A DNA stretch of 62,003 bases, the filler included, from Basidiobolus ranarum (Eukaryota), in NCBI GenBank assembly GCA_040143965.1. It is 2 parts of 2 records of this genome, joined end to end, with 100 filler letters (N's around TTAATTAATTAA, not from the genome) between each part and the next. Parts side by side here need not be neighbours in the genome. Positions count along the whole stretch, not along the records: positions 31,059 to 62,003 come from JASJQH010006970.1; 1 more part is not named here. One strand, 5' to 3'. The translations under genes were made by a program, and so were the position numbers. The notes beneath the pieces are model-generated. The model saw nothing but the letters and a program-made list of their open reading frames with translations. It ran no database searches and had not been told where the DNA came from. How positions within the stretch are numbered: the first letter of the stretch is position 1; every line of letters starts with the position of its first letter. Below are positions 49,484-61,785 of the stretch, piece by piece.

Positions 49484-49693
49484 TTAATAGTCACAATTGA
49501 CATGGTCACCTTCGTCATCCAACACACATTGGGTTCCTGTACCGCATCGCTTCTCCATCCATCCATCTCTTGTGCAGGTGTAAAACAAACCAGAGTCCTC
49601 GGAATCGCACATCATTTGACCTTCAGTGCATTCGCCAAGTGCAAAGTTGAAGGAAAGAGCTAGGAGCAGAACGATGAAGAAAAGGCCTCTCAT
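49484..49693 (-). CDS. Small secreted Cys-rich protein, CBM19-like
   Basis: Signal peptide followed by CTEGQMMC..FYTCTRDGWMEKRCGTGTQC, with TATA-like sequence upstream. Confidence 0.75.
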   Translation of the reverse strand: MRGLFFIVLLLALSFNFALGECTEGQMMCDSEDSGLFYTCTRDGWMEKRCGTGTQCVLDDEGDHVNCDY

Positions 49694-50192
49694 TTTTGTT
49701 AGTCTGGTTTATTTGTTTAAGAGAGGACATACTGAGGCTTTATATCGAGGTGTGAAGCTTCGGAAATCCGTAGTAAGAACTTTATGCAAGCAATGTACTT
49801 GTCGGACTTTTTCCACTGCGTTATCTATTATCTTAGTATAAATATGGCTAATAGTAGTTTATATTCTCATTTATCATCTTACAGACTGCATACGCCATGA
49901 TGTAGGAGAGCACTAAATTCACAATTGTAGTTAAAAATTTAGCTCATTTTGGTTAACTGTGATCTACTATAATGCCAGCCAAAACCAATTACTCAAACAA
50001 AATGCAACATCTACCTATATTTATGTACTTTTCTAGAGCATCAACAAGACGACCAAGAGTGCACTGATATCCCTCAATAAAGAGGCTATTATGATTTAGG
50101 GCTATTTATTGACTGCTTAAACATGAGAAATAATTAAGGGAATACTAATAAGGGTATCAGGATATTAAACCAGAAGAATCGATATTTACTCA

Positions 50193-51259
50193 TCAAATAA
50201 GCAACATTGCCCAAAACCAACCTAAACCAACCAACTCTAAAACGAAGGATTTCCATGTGGAAGCCTGGCTTTGTATTTTAACTCGATTCGATTTCGTTCG
50301 AGAAGTAATAGCCAGTTCGGTACCATTGACTAACAAAACATCTGGGTGTATACCGGTAACTTCTAATAAATAGTCTATATGCGTTGATACCCTGGTGTAG
50401 AAACCCAAACTTTCAAAACTACCACATTCAACGTTCTTTCTCTGCAGCATACTTACCCCAAAACTGGTTATTCCGTATAAGCTAGGGACTGTAGCTTTGG
50501 CATCGGTCATATAATTTTGAATCAAGGGCCCACCCGAGTCGCCCGCACAGGTATCTTTACCGGGAGTAAACCCTGTACAGATAAAGTCGTCATTATGGTC
50601 CTCAAAGTCAGGAATTATAGACTGGCAGGGGAATATAGGAGAAGTCGTTATATTGACCGATAAAAGTACTGTAGAGGAATCCGCCCATTCAGTTTGACCC
50701 CAACCCAAAGCCAAAAATGTCTGAAAGTTACGCACAGGACTTGGGTTTATTTGGATTGGTTGGACGGAGGAATTGTAACCTAATGGAGTATCTAGTCGAA
50801 GGATGGCGATGTCATTCTATTTCGTAATAAAGCAAGTATTAGAAAGATATATCGTTCGGATACGTGGCTGATGCATGGACTTACAAGATATGTCTCCGGT
50901 TGATACTTTGGGTGAACGAATGCTTGACTCACTCCAACAGAGTTGCTAGAATCTCCATTGGCTGTTCCAACCACAACTTTGATCTGTTCAGTTGGAAATG
51001 TGGGTAGTTTGGGTGGTAAGAATATACCGTTCTGGAAATCTATTAAACAGTGAGCCGCTGTGAGGATCCATTCGTGATGAAGGATACTGCCACCACAGGA
51101 AGGGACTCCATGAATAAATAAATGAGCTAGGAATGGAAATTCTCCCGCATAGGCGGCAGCGCCACCTCTGATGCTACTTTTTCTTGGTTCTGGTATTACT
51201 TCCGAATCGCCCATTATCATTGGTAGTGATGAGAGTAATAAGAGGATAAGCCTTCGCAT
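50193..51259 (-). CDS. Trypsin-like S1 serine protease with hydrophobic C-terminal anchor (2 exons)
   Basis: Signal peptide, IRGG activation site, CGGSI, TAAHC, DIAILRL, KDTCAGDSGGP (Asp in the S1 pocket). Confidence 0.92.
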
Positions 51260-51796
51260 TCGAAAGGTGTCACCAAATATGGTTGGCATTAAAAGAATGA
51301 GGCAGAAGTGAGTTTTGGTAGTGGAATTGGCACCTGTCGAATATATAAATGAATTTTCTTGGAACACAGCGACGAACAGAAGTATATCCAAGGAAAATGT
51401 TCCGATTCTCGCAATTGTCTCGTCATTGTCAAGGAATCTAGAGAAGACTTCGTTAATCTTACAAGTTTTCTGTGCAGCCAAGTTCATCCCGTATCCGTAC
51501 ATGTGTTCACAATTTGAATGGCTGTACATTCAAGAATAGCGTGATGAGCCTATCCATTCATAATAGCTCCAAATATAGTGCGATAAGCCGACGTTATCGA
51601 AAGAGCTGAAATTGAGGCAGAAAAATGCTTATCAGATGTGATACCATGCAGCCATGCATGTAACAGGCTTTCAAGTGACTGGTAAGTAAGTTCTCAGGTG
51701 GATTTAATTTTATACTTGAGCTAAATAGTCGTAGTACGACCAGAAGAGATGTGATGTGTGACTAAAATCTAATCTATGACTAAAGAAATAAATATC

Positions 51797-52189
51797 TTAA
51801 CTATCAATCGTCATTAGACTACTAGTGGGACTAGATTTTTCTTTCTCGACAACTCTGTTCATAAAGGGCCCTGGCTTAGTTGTTTCGATGAAGAAAGTCT
51901 CTTCAAGTTGAGAACCCACTTCCTCTTGTAAAAGTTTATCTATAAAGGCTTGAGAGACGATCTGATCAGTTACAGCCTTTATCTCTTCAACTACTTGAGT
52001 TTGAGATGTTTGGGGGTCATTAGAAATTCCAGCAATAGTGAAGAGACGTGGAGGCGTTCCTGTATATTCCTTGTTTAGAGAAAACTCTACAGGAGTTCTC
52101 AGGAGATGTAGTCCTTGAATTTTTCTCCCATATTGTAGTACTATCAAACCAATCAACAAACCTCTGTTAAGAATATTCATCGAGTTCAT
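51797..52189 (-). CDS. Hypothetical protein, possibly secreted
   Basis: 130-aa ATG ORF with an N-terminal hydrophobic stretch. No homology recognised. Confidence 0.45.
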   Translation of the reverse strand: MNSMNILNRGLLIGLIVLQYGRKIQGLHLLRTPVEFSLNKEYTGTPPRLFTIAGISNDPQTSQTQVVEEIKAVTDQIVSQAFIDKLLQEEVGSQLEETFFIETTKPGPFMNRVVEKEKSSPTSSLMTIDS

Positions 52190-53119
52190 TGTGTACTAAA
52201 TCCTTTTAATGTGTTGGTTTGAGTGGAAATAGACTTAATTCACAATGGTCTAACTTTCAAGGGAGATTGCAAGCGAAGTTTTACACATTTCTACTGCGCA
52301 ATATATATTCTACAACGGTTCAGTAAGGTCCTGAAACATTGTGTAAACTAGTAAAGAGCATTCTCCAAACATGGTGTCACACATCTAACTTCGTGTATGA
52401 GCTATGTTACTATAGTGAAGTCATTTAGTGCTACATCAACAGTTTATGCTGACAAGTTGTGGTAATAGAAGTAACAGAACGGATAAATCAACTTGAATAA
52501 AGGTAAGGTTAAAATAGCTCATGTGGCTATTTTAAATGTCACGCTTGTTCAGTAGTGATTGCGAAATTCGGCTTACACGTGCAGCTGAGAACAAAGTGAA
52601 TCTTGTCAGGATCTCACATTGGACATCGTATACCGTAATTACCCACGAGGATTAGTGTTGCAAAATTCAGCATGCTTCAAAACTACACTACTAGCACTAG
52701 TAAAGAGATCATCTGATTAGAGTAAAGAGACCATATTAATCTGAATTATGGGTCAAATCAACAGTGGACTTCTATTTGCAACTGGCTGGAAGCGTAGCCT
52801 CTAGGATCAGCTCCAGTAAGCTAGTGTTGGACAAATTACGTGTAACAATCCCTCGTATTACTGAAGGTCTCAGATGTCTGCCTACGAACCAATGCTAGTT
52901 CGGTAGACTAAGCTTTGTCTCACCTGTGTCGTTGCCTTTCAGGTGATGTATGTTTCTTCATTTCCTGGAAGCTACCAAATACCCCTTATAGCATAGACCC
53001 CATGTCTTCACGGAGAGTTGGTCATATAAATGCCAACCATAACCGCTTAGCGCTCTTTACTCGTCCTTTGTTTAATTCCTTTCCTACTTCCAATCAAAGC
53101 TTAGTCTTCTTCAGGAACA

Positions 53120-54742
53120 ATGATTCACACATCTACAATGCCGCCAGTTGAAATTCCCGCAGTGGATATTTTTACTTACTTATTTGAACTCCCTACTGAG
53201 AAATCCCCCGACGCTACAGTTATCGTTAATGGTTCTACTGGAAAGACTTACACTTTTACAGACATCAAGAATAATTCGTTGGCCTTTGCTGCTGGAATCA
53301 CCAACAAGTACAATTTCAAGAGAGGTGATATTTTAGGAATATTTGCACCAAACGCTGCCGAGTACTCTACCATTTGCTTTGGGACTCTCGCTGCTGGTGG
53401 CGCAGTAACCACCGGCAATCCCGCATATACTCCCGAGGAATTTGCTCATCAATTAAAACAAACAAAACCCAAGATCATTGTCACGATTTCGGCATTAATC
53501 CCGGTCGTAGCGAAAGCCATCAAATTATCGGGATCAAATAGCTCGATAATTACCATCGATTCCTCGGATGAAAAGAAAATCCCTTCCATTCATCAAGTCA
53601 TGTCTGATTCCAAGGCATTTAAACGTGTCGTCATTGAGCCAAAGGACTTGAGTACCACTGTTGCTTACATATGCTACTCATCTGGAACATCCGGAAATCC
53701 CAAGGGAGTCTTACTTTCGCATAGAAACATCATATCTAACATACAACAACAGAAAGATGTAGCATTTGGACCAGAGGCGGAGACTATCATTGGAGTTCTG
53801 CCATTCTATCACATCTATGGACTTAGTTGCATCATGCATACCCCATTACTGAGACACGATAAGGTTGTGGTCGTCCCAAAGTTTGATTTTATTGAATTCT
53901 TAACCTTGATTCAAAAGTATAAAATCACCACAGCAATCATTGTGCCCCCAATCGCTTTAGCATTGGCGAAGCATCCTATTGTAAAGCAATTTGACGTTTC
54001 GTCTATTCGTAACTTCACTTCTGGTGCTGCACCATTAGATAAAAACCTTAGTAAAGCCCTGTCGGTTGCTATAAACAATGCCGCTATCAAACAAGGGTAT
54101 GGAATGACAGAGACATCCCCGGTATCCACCATGAGCCCCGCACACAACCTTGTCCACGGTTCAATTGGAATGTTGGTTCCTAATCAAGAGGCCAAGATTG
54201 TTAGTCCTGATGGTAAGGAACTTGGCGTGAATGAGGAAGGAGAGTTGTGGGTACGTGGCCCAAATGTCATGATTGGATACCTTCAAAACCCTGAAGCAAC
54301 TAAAGAGACCATCGACAGTGATGGCTTCTTACACACAGGCGATATTGCCAAGGTAGATGAGCATGGAAATTTCTATATCACTGACAGGATCAAAGAGTTG
54401 ATCAAATATAAAGGCTTCCAAGTTGCGCCAGCTGAATTGGAGGCTATCCTAATCGGGCATCCTTCTGTACTTGATGCTGGTGTGATTCCAAGAGAAGATC
54501 CTGAACGCGCTACAGAGGTGCCCAAAGCGTATGTAGTATTGAACCCGGAAGTGAAAGCCACTGATGAGTTAAAGAAGGAGTTGATCACATATGTGGATTC
54601 CCAAGTTTCTAATCACAAGAAGCTCCGGGGAGGAATTGATTTTATTGAAGAGATTCCCAAGAGTGCTGCAGGTAAAATTCAACGCAGGGTCATGAAAGAG
54701 TGGCAACGTGCCAAGGACGCTGAGCTGAAGGCTAAACTTTAG
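53120..54742 (+). CDS. 4-coumarate-CoA ligase-like peroxisomal acyl-CoA synthetase (ANL family)
   Basis: YSSGTSGNPKG, QGYGMTE, GELWVRGPNVM, LHTGD, PKSAAGKI, PTS1 -AKL. Intronless. Confidence 0.93.
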   Translation: MIHTSTMPPVEIPAVDIFTYLFELPTEKSPDATVIVNGSTGKTYTFTDIKNNSLAFAAGITNKYNFKRGDILGIFAPNAAEYSTICFGTLAAGGAVTTGNPAYTPEEFAHQLKQTKPKIIVTISALIPVVAKAIKLSGSNSSIITIDSSDEKKIPSIHQVMSDSKAFKRVVIEPKDLSTTVAYICYSSGTSGNPKGVLLSHRNIISNIQQQKDVAFGPEAETIIGVLPFYHIYGLSCIMHTPLLRHDKVVVVPKFDFIEFLTLIQKYKITTAIIVPPIALALAKHPIVKQFDVSSIRNFTSGAAPLDKNLSKALSVAINNAAIKQGYGMTETSPVSTMSPAHNLVHGSIGMLVPNQEAKIVSPDGKELGVNEEGELWVRGPNVMIGYLQNPEATKETIDSDGFLHTGDIAKVDEHGNFYITDRIKELIKYKGFQVAPAELEAILIGHPSVLDAGVIPREDPERATEVPKAYVVLNPEVKATDELKKELITYVDSQVSNHKKLRGGIDFIEEIPKSAAGKIQRRVMKEWQRAKDAELKAKL

Positions 54743-55660
54743 TGCTCGAGTGTATTTATTAATGATTGTTAAAATAAAAGTAGCATTAAAAATATATAAG
54801 CAAGTGGTACTAATGCTATAACACTACACGTTTTACAGACCATGTTGCTCACTAGCAATGCTCACTAACAATAGTCATGTTTTACTTTTATCGATTTTCT
54901 TATTATCATATCGTAATCTAGTGTTTATATCTGGTACGAAAAGCTTTATTACGATTGATATCTAATCCTAAGCTTTACCTGGGGTATATGTTTATGTATT
55001 GCGGTTAAATACACATACAAAGTTACTTCCTTAGTTTGCTACGATTACGATCTGTGAATTCTAGACCATTCGAGATTTTCTATTTGGTTGATCTTGTACT
55101 AGAATATGTATATCTAAATACAAAATCTATTTTAAAATAATTTATTCGGGTTATGATCCAGGCCAGTCTCCACTTTTTTTGCCAATAGATAGATGTTGAC
55201 TCTTTGACCATCGTGTCTTACTGAAATACTGTAGATATTGAACTCAATGATACGTGGTATGTTGAGAAGTTATATATATGCGCTTTACTTGCTGTCATTT
55301 CTCCAGAATATACTACGTGCTAGTTCAAAATTGAACAGTCGTTCTTTTCTTGCCTTTTTAAACGGATCCATATCGTTTTTGTGACTAAATATATTTATCA
55401 AAATATCCTAAAACAGCCACGATTTGGCATTCCAAGTATTTGTCTTGATTTGACAAAACCTTTTGATAGCTTCGATCTTTGATACCTAAAGCAAAAACAA
55501 CCTTTAAGAAAACATGGAATTCCATTTTCCACGAAAAAAATCCCAAATTCTCATTTATATATAACATGTGCTCAAGTAGCAGAAACGACTACTATTCATC
55601 TCCACAAAATCCCTCCCCTTTATTTTAATCTACCGTGACTGTCTCTAGAGTATTCGTGAC

Positions 55661-57201
55661 ATGTCTGCGCTACATGTTGCCTGTTACGCTGCTAGCATTA
55701 TTTCTTGTATTATATTTGGCTTAATCGCGTTATTCTTAAGTCATAAACTCAAAGAGAGGAACAAAGATTCGGAGTTTTTCATTACAGCCAGAGGTTCTCA
55801 AACGGCACTTCAAGTCGCGTGCACTTTCTATGCAGCCAATATGGGTGCCTGGTACTTGGACTTCGAGCATATATATTATATTTTCATTCCAGCCTAATGT
55901 GACAATTTTTATTATTCCATTGGTACATTAGGACCATGTTCAGTATTCCAAGTTATGCTACCACCGCAGGGCTTCTGGGAACAGTTTTTTATTGCGTATC
56001 CTGTAGTCTTCCCATTGTTTTTATAGCATTCGTGGGAGGAAAAATTCAAAGGCAGTTTCCTAGGGTGCTGTCTCTTTCCCATTTTGCATATTTGCGCTTT
56101 GGTCCTGTAATCCAAGGCTTTGTAGGGATACTTATGCTCTTCAATATGGGCGTAAATCTATCAGTATGCTACACCTCTATTGGAGACTTCTTTGAAAACG
56201 TACTGGGCTCCTCTAGAATTGTTATTATTCTCGTCATCGCATGCTCTACATTGGCTTACACTGCTACTGGTGGCTTGATCGTCTCTTTGATTACAGACCA
56301 GATTCAAGCTATCTGTAGCATTGTATTTGTAATTACCATGGCTGCCTATGTTGGAGTCACCTTCCCTCGTCATGTAGTAGATACTCCATTTCCCGAGTCA
56401 CTCAAGCCAGATCCTTTTGGGTACGGGTCTATTGGGGTCATGCCTATTTCAATGGTTGCTTGGGCCATTTTCTACGAAGGAATGTGGCAACGCGTTTGGG
56501 CTTCTGCTAACGACAAATCTCTAAAACATGGTGTTGTTATATCAGGGCTGACTACGATTGTCGTTCTGTTCTTTTTCGGATTTTGTGCTTGTTTAGTAAT
56601 ATGGGCAAAATGGTTTCCAGAAGATAACAGTGATGCAAATACCATTCTTTTTCTCGTTCTTTCACATGGTATGAAACAAGCGCCTATTTGGATTCTCACT
56701 TTTGTTGCCCTTTTAGCCTCAACTATGTGTCAATCAGCTGTTGATGGTTACCAGAATGCGTTGGTTGATTGTGTTTCAACAACTCTTCTCAAAGGAAAGA
56801 GTATGTGGTGGGCACGCTTGGCCGTATTGACCATCAATATTCCTATCATTATTGTTGCCTTGGGAGGTTACCCAGTGTTGAATCTTTATCTACTCGCAAA
56901 TCTAGTTGCTACCTGTTGCGCTCTTCCCGTTCTATTAGGAGTGTCACGACGAGTTAAAGATTATGTCACCCCGGGGTCAGTTCTCTTTGGGTGTTTAACG
57001 GGATTTTTCTCAATTTTGGTGTATGGATATTTCAAAATGGACCATCAAGTTCTTCAAGGTTTACACTTTTGTTTCTTTGTATCATATAACTACCCACAGT
57101 TCGTTATCGCACTTTGCTTCTCGGTACTAGGGGTCTTTGCCTGGGGTGTCCCTGCCAAATTGATCTTTGGTGCACCCGTATGTACAGTTTTCGATAAATA
57201 A
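55661..57201 (+). CDS. Sodium:solute symporter family transporter, Dur3-like (2 exons)
   Basis: FFITARGSQ..MGAW|TMF, YTATGGLIVSLITDQIQ, WQRVWAS, many TM helices, intron ~55852-55931. Confidence 0.85.
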
Positions 57202-58088
57202 ATGGTGGCAGAGATCAAAGAAAAAGCCTGCATCTATGTATATTTACTACCACCTCCCATAACGCAGTCCAGAATACCATATTGTTCATGTCATAACGGA
57301 GAAATATTTAAGCGGAAGGGAATTACTTCTATGCGTTCAATTCAGATTTATTACCGGGAAAAGAATGCTCACCAATCGCCCAGTCAAGCTCTGAATCCCT
57401 TCAGTTCTTAGATTGATCTCTCATTATCATTGCCCTATTGGTGAGGCTTTGATTACCTAATAAAATGGATTAGACATATTTGGAAAATTCCAAGAAATAT
57501 ATCTGGAAGTTATTCCGTACAGCATTTTAATCTAAAATGAGATGAATTAAAAAAATCAATCTTGGTAATAGTATTGACCTAGAAGTTAAAACATAGACAA
57601 TGGCTGGTAACGAGGGTAGGCCACACACACAAGACAATTCACATCAACTGAGATTGTTGCTGCATTTAAAGAATAAGTGTTTATCTAACATTACGATATC
57701 CTTTTACGATATCCTCTAACTCTATTAATAATATCATCATAATATGGAAATCAAACTTGAACTTGTAAACTGAGGTATATGGACTTCTAGTGATAATCCT
57801 AATAGGTACTGGGAAATTAGGAATGTATAATTGCTCAGGATTTATACTTAAAATACACTTTCCAGTCTTAGTCGTGAAATTGAATTTATAGGTGGAATAT
57901 TTTCGATAAATAGTGAGATCCGAAATAGGTCCTATAATCTAAGGGTGTTTGTTCATGTACCCAAAGCTGTATAGGCAATTAGCATGCTTATGTTGGAGAA
58001 AGGTCCATTTCTCACTAAATGGAAAGTCATCTACAAACCTTTGAGGTATAATCGGATCAAGCCCGAATACTATATACCAACGTAAAAC

Positions 58089-58120
58089 CTGCATTAGACT
58101 GCATTAGACTGCATTAGACT
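58089..58120. repeat. 10-bp tandem repeat x3
   Basis: ctgcattaga repeated three times. Confidence 0.8.
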
Positions 58121-58566
58121 AATCAATCCTACAATTACTTCAGTTCGCATATTGTCGGTCGGTTCATATTGTGAGGGAGATATCTCCTGAATTATTAGCA
58201 TCCTATCTTATAGACCCAGCTTAATATTATACAGCTGAATTATTAGGGTATAGATCCAGCTATCAAGGGCCTGAATGGCTCGTTCTAAGGCAAGTGCTAA
58301 GGAATATGCATTAGACGAAGCCAATGCTGGTCTTTGAGTGAGCCACTAGTAAAGCAAAAGTATGATCATTGACTGTAACATTCATATTGTATATAATTAC
58401 TGATACTTCTGATTGGTACAGATGAAGGTCAGGTTGAGAGTTCAATGGTTGATAATAAAGCAAAAGAAAGTATTTAAAAGACTCTGTGGCTTATAGGTAT
58501 GCTGAGCCATTATGCTGTCATAGTGGACCACTAGTTATTACTCCGATTTTGGCTTCATTTGTCTTC

Positions 58567-58647
58567 AGTTTGTTACCTTAGATGGAGCCTTTAAAAACTA
58601 ATTTGTAGTTTGTTACCTTAAATGGAGCCTTTAAAAACTAGTTTGTA
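58567..58647. repeat. 40-bp tandem duplication
   Basis: agtttgttacctta(g/a)atggagcctttaaaaacta(a/g)tttgt occurs twice. Confidence 0.85.
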
Positions 58648-59238
58648 AGATGCAGTGTATCAACGTTTCCACTTGATTATTCGTCATAATATAAACCTTG
58701 TGATACTACAACAGGCTATAATAATGTACAATCTCTTGGGTGTCAGTCAATGAGCTGACCTCTCTCCCCGTAGTTTACGGTACTAAAACCAAATGCGTTC
58801 CAATGCCCATGATATATGCTGTCAATATACTCACACTTTATAAATTAAAAACACTTGGTTTACAAAGGTAACGCCAATGTGATATGCAAGCTAAGTAGTT
58901 CATTTTTGTATTTCTTGTTGCGTGGTATTGGAGTCGATGATATACCATGATGTACTGCAATACTTGATCAAGAAGTAAAGTAAATATGCTGAGAGCACAA
59001 ATGTTACTGTGATATCATAAATAATGGCCACAACACAGGAAAAAGGATATTTGAATGGTATCCAAAACTTGAAGAATTTTATCCCATTTGTTCACAATAT
59101 ACCAGACAACGACTTTTCTAAGGAAGATTATCATCCTGATATTCATAAACAGCTAAATACTTGGGTTAGACTTATATCACTCATGTAACCCATATTTGTG
59201 ATTTTCATATCTCCCATTTTATTAAATTACTAATATAT

Positions 59239-59703
59239 TCAAGCTAGTAAAATGGCGGCAAGAGCGGCGATGGTCACCATTCCAAAGCTGAGTAAATATT
59301 TAGACGATGACCCATTGGTGCTGGAGCTAGGTAATGAGCTAGCAGTATTAGAACTTGGTGTGGAGCTAGTGGTATTAGGGCTAGAGGAAGGCAATGAAGT
59401 GGCACAATCCTTCTTGAAATCAGCAAGTGTAGGCTCGGGACCATCTTGCTTAAGTAAAGGGCATTTTGAACAATCGCTCTCAAAAACAGCGAAGACACTC
59501 TCTTGGCAGACGCACTGATATAGCTCAATTTCATCTTCAGGCATATTGCCTCCTACTGATACATTTTTCATACAAGGCATTGCACCAAAGCATTTGACGC
59601 AATGGGGGTCGGTATCCAATTTCTCTAGATCAACTTCCGACTGAGCAAGGGTTGAACTAGCAAGAGAGGCAATGAGAAGGAGAGATGAGTGACTAAATCT
59701 CAT
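59239..59703 (-). CDS. Secreted Cys-rich GPI-anchored protein
   Basis: MRFSHSSLLLIASLASSTLAQ signal, an 8-Cys domain (..CVC..CSKC..C), Ser/Thr stalk, hydrophobic tail. Confidence 0.8.
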   Translation of the reverse strand: MRFSHSSLLLIASLASSTLAQSEVDLEKLDTDPHCVKCFGAMPCMKNVSVGGNMPEDEIELYQCVCQESVFAVFESDCSKCPLLKQDGPEPTLADFKKDCATSLPSSSPNTTSSTPSSNTASSLPSSSTNGSSSKYLLSFGMVTIAALAAILLA

Positions 59704-60692
59704 ATTAATGATAGAATCAAAGGGAGGCTGATGAAGAGATGGACAGAAAGCATCATTAAGTATCGATTTTTTGTCATTATTTCTTGGATAGTTTCTATAC
59801 AAATTTGGGTGGTTGTATTTAATGCTGTGCTTTGTTACATTCCATTGGAAACCTTCTTCAAGGTTTATTGATGGTATAGTTTATTCTATTGATGCAATTT
59901 TATTGTACATTTCGGGTTACCAAGTAACACAACAATCTCTTATAAAATATCATCGGTGATGCTTCCTTAAAAATGGGAAATTATGTTGATTTCAATATTC
60001 CCAGAGGATTGTAATAAGAGTAGAGCATCGTCTTATTCAAACCATCAATTTTGATAGCTTTTGTTAAAATATAGTTGATATATCTTATCATATTCCTAAC
60101 CGCTAACACGAGTAAATGGCTTCCATGTGAATAAGAGTTAGCTTACATTTACTAGGTGAAAACAATATGAGTTCAGGACTTCAACTACCAATATGCCATA
60201 CACTCAGTTATGATATCCATGGTAAACTATGTAATTAATCTATGTGCTATTCTAATCTTAGCGTTATATTAGTCCAGTTCACCTGTCCTATTATGGCAAA
60301 CAAAAAACACCGCAGTACAAAATTCTTGCAAGAACTGTATACTAGATATTTAATTCCCTAGAACAGTGAGATATTTCCATAGCTTTTTTTCTTCTTAACA
60401 GAAGTTAAATTTAGTATCAATCTTGTTCGAATTACCATTGATATCAATATTGTTAGCCGGCGGTAACCCTAAGCTGGCTCATTAGTTAGTTGATCCTTAC
60501 CTTAATCATAATACTTAACCCTAAGGAAGTTTATCATTGTGTCAGCTATATTGTTAATACCAAAAATGGGGTACTAATAATATCCAAATCGTGCATCAAT
60601 GAGGAATAATGTCCTTTTAATTTTATTGCCGGCATTTGGCCATATATATATAGCCAAAGTTGACATTTTTCATTCAGGCAACTAAAATCAAA

Positions 60693-60864
60693 ATGCGCTC
60701 CTTCAATGCAGTCTGCAGTATGGTTCTCACTGTACTATTGACAACATTGGTTACTGCCGAGGTATCCATTACACATCCCGTTGCATCTTCACAATGGGGC
60801 TGAGGAGAGGATGCTACCATTGAGTGGGCCATCGATGCTGCTGACCTTGCGGAGACCAGGGTTA
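60693..60864 (+). pseudogene. Kre9/Knh1-like secreted protein gene broken by a premature stop and an insertion
   Basis: TATA at ~60643; MRSFNAVCSMVLTVLLTTLVTAEVSITHPVASSQWG*GEDATIEW with TGA at 60801; truncated at element end 60865. Confidence 0.65.
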
Positions 60865-61290
60865 GGGGGATGATAAGCACCGGAAGGTGTAATATTTATT
60901 TATCAATTTAAACAAAGTCAATAAATAAATAAGCCAAGTTAGAATATAATATTCAAAGATAAAGTCAAGATGTTGACAAAGCTAAGTTTCCTAGTAAGCT
61001 AGGCCTAAGAGTATTCCAGATAGGATGGAGCCAAGAGTGAAGTATTCCAGAAGGGATGGGGCCTGAGTAGAATTTTCCAGAAGGGATGGAGCCAAAAGTA
61101 GAGAGTTCCTAGTGAGCTAGGCCTGAGAGTTGCTGATAGTCATAAGTTGCTGTAAGCTGAGAAGTAAGAGCTGGGAAGGTGCCTTTAGTTCCTTCCCAAG
61201 TAAGCATAGAGAGAGTGAGAGTAGTATAGAGGTTGAGAGAGAAGATGGGGAATCAGAGAGAGAGAGTAAAGGAAGGAACATCCATCCTTA
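60865..61290. mobile_element. Unclassified repeat element, copy 1 (diverged), with internal ttccagaagggatgg repeats
   Basis: Starts TTA|GGGGGATGATAAGCACC and shares ~65 nt with copies 2 and 3. Almost CpG-free. Confidence 0.55.
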
Positions 61291-61640
61291 GGGGGGATGA
61301 AAAGCATCATATGGTATGTACTTTATTTAGCATAAATACTAATCTAAACAAAGTGACAATCATGACATTAATCTTCTAAGATATTGTGACAATACTGGAT
61401 CATATCCATACTCAACTTGGTGACCAACATAATCAAGTTCAGAGGATGTAAATATTGTGTTAAGGGCCAGAGGTGGTAACCAGAAAGGAAGGTACTCAGT
61501 ACAAACTAGATGGACAATAGGACAAAAACCTGGAATAATGGGAATCAAGAAAGATGTCTCAGAGGCAAGGTATTGCTTCCAAAGGTCTAGCTAGAAGTCT
61601 ATAGCAATAATTTTAGGCTACTGTGTTTCATGCAGCTGTA
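61291..61640 (-). mobile_element. Unclassified element, copy 2 (ORF end plus terminus)
   Basis: TTA|GGGGGGATGAAAAGCA terminus; a minus-strand ORF ends at 61360; high identity to 61786-62003. Confidence 0.7.
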
Positions 61641-61785
61641 TGTTGAAATTTGCATTGCTTAAGCACCTATATAGTCATATATAGCTTAGTACTTAGTTAT
61701 CTTATAATTCACTAAGATATTATCAATTATTCTCAATTAGAACTTACTTAGAATATTTTTACCAACTTAGAAGTTCTCAGATATA
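61641..61785 (+). mobile_element. 5' part of copia LTR (family of 29339), interrupted
   Basis: TGTTGAAATTTGCATTGC..cacctatatagtcatatatagcttagtacttag matches 29339-29483. Confidence 0.85.

Noticed and set aside
60801-60803. In-frame TGA as possible selenocysteine
   Set aside because: Not a redox Cys position, no SECIS seen, and the gene is truncated by an insertion. A nonsense mutation is simpler.
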